A program made the position numbers and the translations under genes. The notes beneath the pieces were generated by a model, which did not search any database, was not told the origin of the DNA, and saw only the letters and a list, made by a program, of their open reading frames with translations. DNA of 62,229 nt, from positions 1 to 62,229 of the IMG/VR virus record IMGVR_UViG_3300020477_000002. The stretch is one strand, 5' to 3'. Positions 28,013 through 38,140 of this stretch are shown piece after piece (within the stretch, counting starts at the first letter, position 1; each line of letters opens with the position of its first letter). This DNA is from a virus (taxonomy: Duplodnaviria > Caudoviricetes).

Positions 28013-28588
28013 TCACTTGCGTAATCTATTTAATGTTTGTCGTGCTAACCTCTTAGCCCGTTTTGCTGACGACCCTTCAACTGAAAGGATACGTTCTTTA
28101 TTTAGATATGAAGCGTTCACACTTGCATCCTCTGCATCCGGATCATGAGCTGTATTTCCATGTTGCCCTGTACCACCGGGAGTACTTTGACTGCCACCTG
28201 CACCCGGATTATATCCCGGCCCACCGGGAGCACCAAAAAAAGTAGGCCCAATAGTATTTGTTTTAAGAAAATGAGTTCTTGTCCATCCCATATAAGCCCC
28301 ACCATATCCTAAGACATTCAATTCCATATTTGCATGAGTATCCATATCGCTAGTATAATCCTTCATCTCTTGTAATATACCATGTCCTTGAGGTGAGCCG
28401 GGAGTTGTATATCCTGCCATAACTACAGTATTTATATCATTCAAGTCAGTTATTAAGATATTAAGTTTTGCTGAAATGGCCTGCAAGTCTGTAACAACTA
28501 AGTTTATTTTTGTTCTCAGCTCTAATATATCAGTTTCTAAGGCAGCAAGCTGAGCAGACTGTATTAAATCTATCTTCTTTGTCCCCAT
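28013..28588 (-). CDS. Virion protein, paralogue of 28590..29165
   Basis: Coiled-coil N-terminus ending NDINTVVMAGY; basic C-terminus. Confidence 0.7.
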   Translation of the reverse strand: MGTKKIDLIQSAQLAALETDILELRTKINLVVTDLQAISAKLNILITDLNDINTVVMAGYTTPGSPQGHGILQEMKDYTSDMDTHANMELNVLGYGGAYMGWTRTHFLKTNTIGPTFFGAPGGPGYNPGAGGSQSTPGGTGQHGNTAHDPDAEDASVNASYLNKERILSVEGSSAKRAKRLARQTLNRLRK

Positions 28589-28589
28589 A

Positions 28590-29165
28590 TTAACGTGACC
28601 TTTTAAGTAAGGTACGTGCTATCTTTCTTGCCCTTGTTTCACCTTTAGTTTTTAATGTCATAACTGCCTTTGATTCCGCACTATACGTTGGTGATGATGC
28701 TGTTGCTTGTTGAGAAACAGAAGTATGTAACGATCTTGTAGCACTACCTTGTGCAGTCCCACTTAAATTACACCCCGGTTGTGAATAGCCGGGATAGGGT
28801 GGCAAACTAGCCGTAGCAGAAGTAGGAGGATGAACTTCCTTATATGATGGTGTACTTGTTTGCGATGAACTACCCGGAAATAACTCATACCTGTGTTTCT
28901 CAAAATTGTTAACCAGCTCATCCAGCCTTTTTAATATACCAGTATTTGCTGTACCTGACCCACTTCCTACAGAATATCCTGCCATAATTACAGTGTTTAA
29001 ATCATTCGCATCATCTATTGCATCATTAAGTTTCTTAGTTATTCCATTAGTTGCGTGAGTTATATCTGTTACAATCAAGTTCAATTTATCCCTAAGCTCT
29101 TTTACATCATCTTGTAGGGCTTCAATCTGTTCAGTTTGTAGTATATCAATTTCAGATACTGACAT
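28590..29165 (-). CDS. Virion protein, paralogue of 28013..28588
   Basis: Coiled-coil N-terminus ending NDLNTVIMAGY; basic C-terminus. Confidence 0.7.
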   Translation of the reverse strand: MSVSEIDILQTEQIEALQDDVKELRDKLNLIVTDITHATNGITKKLNDAIDDANDLNTVIMAGYSVGSGSGTANTGILKRLDELVNNFEKHRYELFPGSSSQTSTPSYKEVHPPTSATASLPPYPGYSQPGCNLSGTAQGSATRSLHTSVSQQATASSPTYSAESKAVMTLKTKGETRARKIARTLLKRSR

Positions 29166-29365
29166 TATCCATCCATTAATAAGGCTAGTGTTTCCGATTG
29201 TTCCTTTATCATACTCCTTAAATTAGATATCTCAGCTTCTGCATTAACTATCTTGGCTCTCAGCTCTGCATTAACACGTTCCTGATCCCTGAAAGCCTCC
29301 TGTGTAATCTGATCATCTATCTGTGATGCAACTACATTTAATCCGTATCGTTCTGCATCAGCCAT
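29165..29365 (-). CDS. Small coiled-coil virion protein
   Basis: TAATG coupling on both sides. Confidence 0.7.
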   Translation of the reverse strand: MADAERYGLNVVASQIDDQITQEAFRDQERVNAELRAKIVNAEAEISNLRSMIKEQSETLALLMDG

Positions 29366-29922
29366 TAGCTAGGTACTGCTGGAGTTTCAACATCACTTAC
29401 ACTGATGTCTGTTTCAAATGATCCTACGTATCCTCGTGGATTAGAATTAGTATTCTCAACCTGCTTCCACTGGAATATATAACCCCTACTTCCAGACGGC
29501 ATATAGAACTTCTCAGTCTTCCAAACAGTTGAGCTGAAATAACGACTAGAGCCTAGCTTATTGCCATCGAAATACATATCTATAGTAACATCACCCTTGT
29601 ATGTTATTTGTGCTTCTGACAGCTCTTTAACGACTCTGTGAGATGATACTGGAGCAGCTACTATCTCACAGTTAACCATGTCACATCCATCCTCTATGCT
29701 TATCTGTACTAATGAGCCTGCCTGTGATGGATTAGGGAATATCCTAAGAGGCAGAAGCTTCCCTTTAACTGTAAGATCACTGCCTATAACTGTCTCTGTT
29801 CCTGCATGCTCACCATCTACAGCAAAATTAAACTTAAGATTTCCTCCACTTACTCTAGGTATTACACCAACCATTGCCTGATGAAATACTACTGGTGCAG
29901 GATACTGCTGAAACTCTGCCAT
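29365..29922 (-). CDS. Beta-rich tail protein resembling the C-terminal domain of the 2101-aa protein
   Basis: ITYKGDVTIDMYFDG...KTEKFYMPS vs VFYKGDIDFRVMLDG...KEERIYLPA. Confidence 0.65.
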   Translation of the reverse strand: MAEFQQYPAPVVFHQAMVGVIPRVSGGNLKFNFAVDGEHAGTETVIGSDLTVKGKLLPLRIFPNPSQAGSLVQISIEDGCDMVNCEIVAAPVSSHRVVKELSEAQITYKGDVTIDMYFDGNKLGSSRYFSSTVWKTEKFYMPSGSRGYIFQWKQVENTNSNPRGYVGSFETDISVSDVETPAVPS

Positions 29923-32900
29923 TATGCTGCCATATTCCCGTTAAATGTTACTGATTCTATAGTGCCTGACCTGCTTTCGTTCATGTAATGTATCCTCTGT
30001 CCATATGCAGATGCAGGTAAATATATTCTCTCTTCCTTAAACTCACCATCAGGATTATTTAATTCTTTCCTGTATATTAATTCCCCATCTAACATCACCC
30101 TAAAATCAATATCACCCTTATAGAATACATCTGCACTATGAGTTAGAGTCTGGGCTTGGTATTGCTGAAGAGGGTAGTGACGGATTGATAGTGTCTGAAC
30201 TCTCATGTTGCCCTCCATTTTAACAGATAATGTTCTGAATCTACGTAGATCAGTCAAGTACAGATCTGCTGTTAGAGGTTCTACTGTATCACTAGGGGGT
30301 AGAGTGAAAGACCTAGCCGCAGTTGTTTCATTATTAATAAATATATCTACAACTGGCAGATTCCCCCAATATATTTTACCTGTCCCACTTCTTAGTGGTT
30401 CCTTGTCTAATAGTATAGCTGGATATGTAACACTATTAACTACTGCAGTGGTTATACTGCTTACTTTAGTATTATCTGCAAGCATTTCATTCCATATTTT
30501 ATCGCCTGCCTTAATAGATGAGGTATCAAAATCAAGTGGCATTACTATCTTTTTCCTTTCTGTCTCAGATAGATTGCCTCCACCTATATCAATCTCAAAG
30601 TACTGCTCTGCATTTCCATAGTTAATAAAGACATCATACATATCAACTTCATCATCACTACCTGCCTGAACTAAATCTCCTGCATCTAAATCATCTGGAC
30701 TCATACCTAACAATTCTGCGGCTAATGCCTGTCCTCGTATACCATCTGTATTAGTTTCAGATGACTTAGATTCTAGCACTTCGTATACTACTGCCAGTGA
30801 TCCCAAAGCTTTTGCAAGTGCAGGTTCTCCTGCATCTATCTTCTTGCTTTTCCATACTATATTAGTTGCCTTAGTTGAGCCTACTTCCTCCACCTTAAAA
30901 GAAGAATCTCCTTTCTGATCATCTTCTGTAACAACTATTGCCTTACCTACAGCTTTAGAGTAATGAGCATGGTGTGCTTCTATTGAAGTCTGGCATAATC
31001 TTAGATCACCTCCTGTTATTTCAAGCCTGATACCCTTACCAGATCCGGGCTTTTGAAATAGCCAGTAGACCCCGTCTGACACACATGCCTGAGGCTTAAC
31101 AAGATCAGTTACTATATGCTTATCCCTAGTTAAATACTGAACCTTCCCAGCCTGATAGTATGCAATGCCATCATTTGCAGTGAGCCATAAAACCCCGCCA
31201 CCAAACTCAGCTACAGTATGTTCATCGCCTGCCTTAATTCCATGTGCATCAGGCACTCTAAATGCTATCATTGCTTTAGGATCAGTACCTCTCACCCTAT
31301 ATAATGAATTAGTTGTCCATACTAGCCCCTCTCCTGCGTGTTCTTTTATTGCCCTGATCTCAGAATCTAGTGTAACTACAGCATCAAGAGGCCAGTATTC
31401 AGGAGTGCCATATCTTGAGAACTGTAAGTTAGCATCTAATGCTCCGAAATACATTGACCCAACTGATGTAATATACCTGTAATAATCCTCGCTACTCTCC
31501 GTTTCAAAGAAGTTCTTCTTTTCCTCATTATATGTAAGACCTATAGGAGGATAGTTATCATTCTGTAGATAGTGCAGTGATGTTACTGGTGCTCGTGCTT
31601 TATCCCTGTAACCAAAGCTATTGATTTCTATTGACATATTAGTAACAGAGGTATTGGAATATGTTTCTTCATAACTAAATACTGTAACACCAGCTTCATG
31701 AATAGTAGGTAGACTTCCTGCTGAATTAGTTGTACATCCTGTAAACTTATTAGGGGAGGATGTTATATCTCTACCTGTATATTCGTATATCTCATTACCG
31801 ATTAGTAATTTTTTAGGGCTACCTGAAGATGCAGTTTGGAATAGTGAGGCATCTTCAACAAATATTGTTATTGCTCCAGTACTTGCAGAATAGGGAGGAT
31901 CTATAGTTACAGACAATGTAGACGTATCTTGATTTCTGTGTTGTATTTCAAGTAACCACTCAACAACATCAACTGTCTTACCTGACTCATGTCTACTAGC
32001 AGAGGAATCATTTTGTGCACGAGTACATCCTGTTAATGATGTGCCTGATACACCAGTATATGATATGTATTCCTCTTCAATCTTAACTACTCCTGCAGTA
32101 GGCCATGCACTTGGGTTTGTTGTGCTGGTTAAGGCAATGGTAGTTGCAGTTTCATTAATCTCTGCTGATAGTGTAGTTGTATAAGCAACAGTAGGAGATG
32201 CACTTTCACTAAGCTGGATTATATTCCACGAACCATCCATGTCCGAAGGAGTTGCAATTAAATCAAAATTTGAATTAGTAAATCCTCTTAATTTACTAAT
32301 ATCCTGATATGTCTTCAGGCTATAGAACTGTGAAAGAGTAGATACTCGTGCAAATGTACCACTTATGCCTGATAAACTAAGTGGGAACCCTGTTAGATCA
32401 GGCATATCAATATCACGGAGGAACATCCACTCTGATGAATCTCCACCATAACGATACACACGTATTGTTTCTATATCTGTATTATCAAAGTGGAAGAAGT
32501 TCTCATCAAAGTTAATTTGTATGCAATCATCTGCACTATCCAAGGGCTGGATGCCTTCAGCAGACGCTACTGATGGAGCACTCTCATTGCCCCACTTATC
32601 TAGGAAAGATGCACGATAATAGAAATCTATATTCGGGCCATAAGGATTAAACATATTGGGAGCACCTACCAAGAATGCTGAGATACCAACCTTTGAAGCA
32701 TCAAAGGCATTACCAGCAGAATCTGCCTGCCCTAGAAGATATCCTTTTTCTTTAGCATCTACGCCACCTTTTAGGTTTATTGCACTATCATTTAATACAT
32801 AAAAGTTTTGACCAGAATCTTGATAGTTAGTAAATGATATTCTATTATTTGCACCTGTTTGCCCAGTTGATGGGACTACTGTTTCAGCAGTTTTAAAGAA

Positions 32901-35900
32901 TACTATATCACGATACACTTTACTCTTGAATTTAATCTCAAGCTTAGGATCTGTAATCTGTGTACCTACTCCTCCAGACTGAAGTGTAGTAGGAGCGTCT
33001 AGTATGTACCATGTAAAATCATTCTGGTTCCCAAGCATTTTATTAGACTCATGGTTTAATCCTATCGTAGGATCTCCAGTACTATTATAAACTCCAGAAT
33101 CGAACTTCCATTCAACTGACAAAAACCTTGGAGTTCCACCATCATCTGTTACAGCTTCCCTAGTTTTTATAACCTGACCCCATGCTGATACATTATTACT
33201 ACTAGATGAGTGGTTGACCCATGAATTCTTAAGATCAGATTCAAAGAATGGAACTGATGTATGTATATCGTACTTCTCTGTATCTGCACCTCTGTATATA
33301 CCCCATGCCTTAAGGCCATCAAAATGAAGGGGTTTATTAAAATCATAGGAAAGTATAGAGGTTTCTGATTTAGTGGTTCCTGTTTTAACAAGTCTCCATT
33401 TGGGTTGTGCTTCTGCCTTTGGCCTAATCTTCACGAACACAAACACAACACTGCTTGCTATTACATGGAGTACATCCTCAACTAACCCTGTCAATCCTAA
33501 ACCTGTTGCAAGTTCTGGCTTAGCCTTAACATATTTAACATTATAAAATGGATCATATACAGTAATATTATCTTTATCTACAACAGATAGATAATCAGAT
33601 GTTAAGTGATAAACTCCAGCATTACTAAACACGCTGGAGGATGGTGCTACATCACTGTCACTTCCATTTTGAGAATATAACTTACCAGACTTTTTATACA
33701 ATATCCTTGGCTGTGCACCTGACGTTGTGGTAACAGCCCTTATATCCTGATCCTTCCATTTAATGCTATGTTTAAAATCAGAATTGGTTGTTACTGCACC
33801 TGAGTTAGGCCTTACTTCTATTATTTGATTATCAGGATCTTCTGCTGGACGATTCGCTGTTAATACATGTCCAAATAAATCAGTTTGTATTACTTCCCTC
33901 TGAGGCCCATCAAGTTTACCTCCTCTATGAGCATAATCTGGGTGTACATACAGAAGGGTTGTCTCATCTGCAAATGGATCAATTGAATTAATTATTGGAT
34001 AACAACTTTCATCTGCAATAGGTCTATCATCAACCCTATCGAAGTATATCTTTGTTGCTGAATTATCTATTCTTGTAATCTTTGCAAGAAAATAATCCTC
34101 ACTAAGATTTGTAGACACCCCTTGAGAAGCATACTTTCTGCCACCCTGTGGTTTTATCTGTATGCCATCACCCCACCTTCTAAAAGACTGATTCCATGAT
34201 AATGTCCTATGAAGATGTGATGCCCTTGCCTGAACTTTAATAAAATCTCCAACTGTAAATGCTTTATCTGATGCTTCAGCAAATGCTATGCTCTTTTCAC
34301 TGGCATTTATTACTGCCTTCGTCCACAACCTTGACTTAGGAAAGTTAGTTTGTAATGTCAATGAACCACCCGGACTATAACTACACAGCCTTTGTATAGT
34401 AGGTACAACTGTATTAGAATATCCAGTTGACCCAATAGTATTAGAAGTGCTATTTTGTTTTAATCTTTTATTTGATACTCTTAATTCTTGGTCAGGATGA
34501 GCACTTCCCTCATTATGTTCCATAGTCCAAGTTCTCTTCTTATCTATGGTCATATCGTCATAGAAAGGATACACACCATGATACCAATCCCATCTTCCAA
34601 ACGTGATATTTTTCTTACCAGTATAAGTAGAGAAATGGTAGCTATAGAATTTTCTTTGATTTAAAATTCTGTAATCATGTGTTTTATTCCACCTATGATA
34701 TAGTTCATGAGTCCATGTTCCTACAGTACCTTTAGGTAAGGTGTTATTAACATACTTTCTTGTTACTCCATACTTAGGAATAGACAATGTAATTGTAGGC
34801 TCTACAGTATAGTAATTTCTTCTGGGATATGAATTACTGACAAGTCCGGGGATATCTCCAGATGTCAAAGTGGATACAGATTTTGTAACATTCATATCTC
34901 CTGTTACAGAAATATTCTTTATGTCAGAATCTTTTGGACTAACTCCCTTCTTACCAAACATAAATATATCAGGCTTATTAGTTCCAACATATTTAACCAT
35001 TGCCCACTCATTAGCCTTATGAATAACTGCACACCATTTTATTCCTACTTCAACATTCCTATCATACTGATGAGTACCTACTCCATAACCATTATCAAAT
35101 TGCCCCTTTGCCCACCATCTAGGAGTTTGCCAGCTTGCATATCCACCACTTACCTTGGCTGGAGGATTACTGCCAGACTTTGCATATATCTCTACCTCAT
35201 CAGAACCAGCATTATATGCACCACTTCCATCTCCTTCACTTTTATTCCCATCTCTAAGTAAGAATAATATAGAATCATATGCTAATGGGAGTATCCATCT
35301 TTCGTTAGCACTATCTGTATATGCACTTGGAGCTGTGTCTGAGGTTTGTATTTCCTGAGCAAATGTTATAACTCCATTACATACATCAAGGCTGGTAATT
35401 GAAGTACCTGTTGCACCTGTGGTTTTGTTGAAGGGGCTTCCTGCATCTCCACCTTGTGATGCATCAAGTGTATCAAACGTATTTACAGTCATTGAGGAAC
35501 TACTAAGGGCAACAGTTTCTATAAACTGAGCATCCCAGCAAATGAAATAGTTTTCCTTAAAAAGAAAACCATTACTATGTTTAGTGAGGTTTCCAGACTG
35601 TATTAAGTTAGTAGTCCATCCCCCAGAACCATCTGGCTGACGAGTAACAACCTTCCAGTCAGATGTACTATCATCTATCCAGTAAGGCTGACCACTATAG
35701 TAGTAAATCTTTTTATCATCAGTGTTAGAATCTGCCCTGTGTTCTTCTAAGGATGGGGCATCACTATAAGGAGGGGTGTTTGATGCTGTACCTGTATCTA
35801 CTGCACCAAACTTATCTGAATCTAGCTTTAGTAGGTGTGATCCTTCTGCAGGTCTTAGTCCCCTAGAGCCTTCTGAGACAACAGAACCTGTAATAATAGA

Positions 35901-36227
35901 CTGAGGAGGTAGTGAAGGCCCAAGATTCCTAGATACGTTTTCTTCATCATTAATTATTTCTTCAAACTTTGGTCTTTTATTATTGTATGTTTTAACAACA
36001 CCAATACCAGACTCCTCAAAAGACACCGCTTCTGAGTCACGTATCCACTCACCTCGGTAGTGGTAATGACCAGCATCAGTCAGCTCTTCAAGCCCGTCAC
36101 CGGGTTCAAGGGCAAAGCCCTTTAAGTTTATATCAAGAGCTTCTTCTCCTTGGTCATCACGTAAATTCTGGGGATCAATCTCATTAGATATCCCACCAGT
36201 AAACTGTCTAAGTACATTCCTTGGCAT
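29922..36227 (-). CDS. Tail nozzle / tubular protein B-like, with large insertions
   Basis: LRQFTGGISNEIDPQNL N-terminus, GNESAPS, LQFSRYGTPEYWP, WKSKKIDAG; beta-propeller-like. Confidence 0.7.
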   Translation of the reverse strand: MPRNVLRQFTGGISNEIDPQNLRDDQGEEALDINLKGFALEPGDGLEELTDAGHYHYRGEWIRDSEAVSFEESGIGVVKTYNNKRPKFEEIINDEENVSRNLGPSLPPQSIITGSVVSEGSRGLRPAEGSHLLKLDSDKFGAVDTGTASNTPPYSDAPSLEEHRADSNTDDKKIYYYSGQPYWIDDSTSDWKVVTRQPDGSGGWTTNLIQSGNLTKHSNGFLFKENYFICWDAQFIETVALSSSSMTVNTFDTLDASQGGDAGSPFNKTTGATGTSITSLDVCNGVITFAQEIQTSDTAPSAYTDSANERWILPLAYDSILFLLRDGNKSEGDGSGAYNAGSDEVEIYAKSGSNPPAKVSGGYASWQTPRWWAKGQFDNGYGVGTHQYDRNVEVGIKWCAVIHKANEWAMVKYVGTNKPDIFMFGKKGVSPKDSDIKNISVTGDMNVTKSVSTLTSGDIPGLVSNSYPRRNYYTVEPTITLSIPKYGVTRKYVNNTLPKGTVGTWTHELYHRWNKTHDYRILNQRKFYSYHFSTYTGKKNITFGRWDWYHGVYPFYDDMTIDKKRTWTMEHNEGSAHPDQELRVSNKRLKQNSTSNTIGSTGYSNTVVPTIQRLCSYSPGGSLTLQTNFPKSRLWTKAVINASEKSIAFAEASDKAFTVGDFIKVQARASHLHRTLSWNQSFRRWGDGIQIKPQGGRKYASQGVSTNLSEDYFLAKITRIDNSATKIYFDRVDDRPIADESCYPIINSIDPFADETTLLYVHPDYAHRGGKLDGPQREVIQTDLFGHVLTANRPAEDPDNQIIEVRPNSGAVTTNSDFKHSIKWKDQDIRAVTTTSGAQPRILYKKSGKLYSQNGSDSDVAPSSSVFSNAGVYHLTSDYLSVVDKDNITVYDPFYNVKYVKAKPELATGLGLTGLVEDVLHVIASSVVFVFVKIRPKAEAQPKWRLVKTGTTKSETSILSYDFNKPLHFDGLKAWGIYRGADTEKYDIHTSVPFFESDLKNSWVNHSSSSNNVSAWGQVIKTREAVTDDGGTPRFLSVEWKFDSGVYNSTGDPTIGLNHESNKMLGNQNDFTWYILDAPTTLQSGGVGTQITDPKLEIKFKSKVYRDIVFFKTAETVVPSTGQTGANNRISFTNYQDSGQNFYVLNDSAINLKGGVDAKEKGYLLGQADSAGNAFDASKVGISAFLVGAPNMFNPYGPNIDFYYRASFLDKWGNESAPSVASAEGIQPLDSADDCIQINFDENFFHFDNTDIETIRVYRYGGDSSEWMFLRDIDMPDLTGFPLSLSGISGTFARVSTLSQFYSLKTYQDISKLRGFTNSNFDLIATPSDMDGSWNIIQLSESASPTVAYTTTLSAEINETATTIALTSTTNPSAWPTAGVVKIEEEYISYTGVSGTSLTGCTRAQNDSSASRHESGKTVDVVEWLLEIQHRNQDTSTLSVTIDPPYSASTGAITIFVEDASLFQTASSGSPKKLLIGNEIYEYTGRDITSSPNKFTGCTTNSAGSLPTIHEAGVTVFSYEETYSNTSVTNMSIEINSFGYRDKARAPVTSLHYLQNDNYPPIGLTYNEEKKNFFETESSEDYYRYITSVGSMYFGALDANLQFSRYGTPEYWPLDAVVTLDSEIRAIKEHAGEGLVWTTNSLYRVRGTDPKAMIAFRVPDAHGIKAGDEHTVAEFGGGVLWLTANDGIAYYQAGKVQYLTRDKHIVTDLVKPQACVSDGVYWLFQKPGSGKGIRLEITGGDLRLCQTSIEAHHAHYSKAVGKAIVVTEDDQKGDSSFKVEEVGSTKATNIVWKSKKIDAGEPALAKALGSLAVVYEVLESKSSETNTDGIRGQALAAELLGMSPDDLDAGDLVQAGSDDEVDMYDVFINYGNAEQYFEIDIGGGNLSETERKKIVMPLDFDTSSIKAGDKIWNEMLADNTKVSSITTAVVNSVTYPAILLDKEPLRSGTGKIYWGNLPVVDIFINNETTAARSFTLPPSDTVEPLTADLYLTDLRRFRTLSVKMEGNMRVQTLSIRHYPLQQYQAQTLTHSADVFYKGDIDFRVMLDGELIYRKELNNPDGEFKEERIYLPASAYGQRIHYMNESRSGTIESVTFNGNMAA

Positions 36228-36260
36228 CTATCACAACCCCTTTATTATTTATATATTGTC

Positions 36261-36614
36261 TCACGTAGGATTCTGAGGGAATACCTTTGGATTGCATTTA
36301 TCTGCTAATAGTTTTGTAAGGTTAATTTCTTTTATTATTTCTTCCCTCTGAACTTCTTCAGGTGTAAGCTTCTCACGTATTGTATCCGTATAACAATCGC
36401 AAATTTGCCAAACTAATATCTGCGTCATGTATGGATGTTTGTGCCTCCAGCTCACTGAGCACACTTGCCAAAGACTCCGTATTTCTATTGTCTCGAAATT
36501 GCCATTGTACTTTGGTTTTATCTGAGTGGTTTGTTGGCAACTCGAAGTCAGGCTCAAAGTCAACAACAAGGCCACAATCCAATTCAAGCGTAATGCCCAT
36601 TTTAATATGTCCAT
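36261..36614 (-). CDS. Putative lipoprotein (lysis accessory / spanin-like)
   Basis: Signal peptide ending LTSSC; overlaps the end of the endolysin gene. Confidence 0.55.
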   Translation of the reverse strand: MDILKWALRLNWIVALLLTLSLTSSCQQTTQIKPKYNGNFETIEIRSLWQVCSVSWRHKHPYMTQILVWQICDCYTDTIREKLTPEEVQREEIIKEINLTKLLADKCNPKVFPQNPT

Positions 36615-36982
36615 ACTGTAGGTCTTGGCCCTTCGTCTGGAGATAGTATATCAAGGTGAACAAACCTTTTAGAATGAGTACCTTTCTGGCTCATTCCTAC
36701 ACCACTAACTCCGTGTTTTTGTGCGACTGCAAAAAGTCTCATTGCATCTGCACCAGAGATTAATATATCTGCTGCCTTTGCATATGTATGAGGCCCATTC
36801 TTTCCAGTGCTTGATACCCTTGCATTGTGTTTTTCACATCTGTATCCAGATGTTACCTTTAATGGACGTTGCATTTCATCCCTAATAGATTGTAAGGTCT
36901 TCATAAATTCTTCATCCATGTCAGCTTTACCACAACAAGTGCAAGCCATCTCGTCTGTCGTAAAGTTCTGTGTAATGTGCAT
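36602..36982 (-). CDS. Peptidase M15 endolysin
   Basis: NFT-x2-EMACTCCG, SGYRC-x2-HN, H-x6-D (HTYAKAAD), FVHLD. Confidence 0.9.
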   Translation of the reverse strand: MHITQNFTTDEMACTCCGKADMDEEFMKTLQSIRDEMQRPLKVTSGYRCEKHNARVSSTGKNGPHTYAKAADILISGADAMRLFAVAQKHGVSGVGMSQKGTHSKRFVHLDILSPDEGPRPTVWTY

Positions 36983-37048
36983 AGCTATCCCTGCAATGAT
37001 AATTTTACCAAAATGCCTACGAGTAATAATAGAACCTTTCGGGAGCTA

Positions 37049-37228
37049 TTAACCATTGATACTCTTTTCATAGGCTTGTAATATCTTGTCGTCAACTTCA
37101 TTTTCAGTAGATTCAACAAGCCTTCTTAAGAGTATTAAAATTACCTGCTGTAGAAGCTTCTCGCTAAGCATCGACATACACATTGTTTTTACTGTACCCC
37201 CAATTAAAGGGGCTAATAGACCTACCAT
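37049..37228 (-). CDS. 59-aa holin-like membrane protein (MVGLLAPLIGG...), not in the ORF track
   Basis: AGGAG SD; amphipathic; STENEVDD motif; upstream of the endolysin. Confidence 0.6.
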   Translation of the reverse strand: MVGLLAPLIGGTVKTMCMSMLSEKLLQQVILILLRRLVESTENEVDDKILQAYEKSING

Positions 37229-37402
37229 CTAATTATCTCCTGTAAGTGAATTAAGTTTTTCAGAGTTCTGATTAACCTGAAACTTGATTACCTTAACATC
37301 CCCACTTAACTCTGAGACTGTTACCAGTAACCATGAAATGCTGGCAATAACTAAACTGCCAACTACAAGAAGGATATTGTTAACGCTCATAGGTTGTCCC
37401 AT
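37229..37402 (-). CDS. 57-aa TM plus coiled-coil protein (MGQPMSVNN...), not in the ORF track
   Basis: Abuts neighbours; one hydrophobic helix. Confidence 0.6.
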   Translation of the reverse strand: MGQPMSVNNILLVVGSLVIASISWLLVTVSELSGDVKVIKFQVNQNSEKLNSLTGDN

Positions 37403-37404
37403 AT

Positions 37405-37674
37405 TTAGTGTGCTGTTATTTTTCCTACTTGAATACGGATGTTTGTGACAATTTCTTTTAGCTCTTTCATCTGATATGAAAATGTATTTTCAGCCTCATG
37501 TAAATGTTCTAAGTGTATTGAATGCTGAGAAACTGTTTCTTCCAAATCTAATACAGTACTAAAGAGCCATCCTACGATTCCCAATAATCCTGCTACAACT
37601 AAAGGTGTAAAAGTTTTTACTAAAGCATGATCTGTAGCAGCAGTTAATGCACTTCCATTCCCATTATTTGGCAT
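37405..37674 (-). CDS. TM plus coiled-coil protein (lysis region)
   Basis: PLVVAGLLGIVGWLF followed by heptads. Confidence 0.65.
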   Translation of the reverse strand: MPNNGNGSALTAATDHALVKTFTPLVVAGLLGIVGWLFSTVLDLEETVSQHSIHLEHLHEAENTFSYQMKELKEIVTNIRIQVGKITAH

Positions 37675-37955
37675 TATTTTTCCCCATTAGATTCTTCATG
37701 TTCTGCATCCCTTTTCTCACGAAAGAAATAATCGGTAATTTTAACAAGTACGGCAACATATGTGCCGACCAATATATTGACAAGATCACGTGAAGTTTCC
37801 TTAACCTCTGCATAAAACAGTAGCCATAATAAGACCAAGAACGTAACTGCGTTTGCAACCGCAATCGTATAACGTGCCCAGAAATTAAGAAGTTTTCTAT
37901 TCTCGACTGGATCACCACCACCTCCTAATAATGATCTGTGAACTTTTTTGCTCAT
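37674..37955 (-). CDS. Two-TM holin-like protein
   Basis: Two hydrophobic segments; DYFF followed by a charged tail. Confidence 0.65.
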   Translation of the reverse strand: MSKKVHRSLLGGGGDPVENRKLLNFWARYTIAVANAVTFLVLLWLLFYAEVKETSRDLVNILVGTYVAVLVKITDYFFREKRDAEHEESNGEK

Positions 37956-38140
37956 TCATCACAATTTTTTATGCATTCCCAATAAGGACTTTTATTAAAT
38001 TTGTTTGCCTGTATAGTTCCCTTCCAAGGTTTATCTGCCTCCCAGTAACCTATATTCTGCGGAGTAGCACACGCATTTGCTATGAAGCCGTATATGATTA
38101 ATATATATAACCCCCATTTCCATAAGAACAACTCAATCAT
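37952..38140 (-). CDS. Small putative lipoprotein
   Basis: Hydrophobic N-terminus ending IANAC. Confidence 0.5.
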   Translation of the reverse strand: MIELFLWKWGLYILIIYGFIANACATPQNIGYWEADKPWKGTIQANKFNKSPYWECIKNCDE

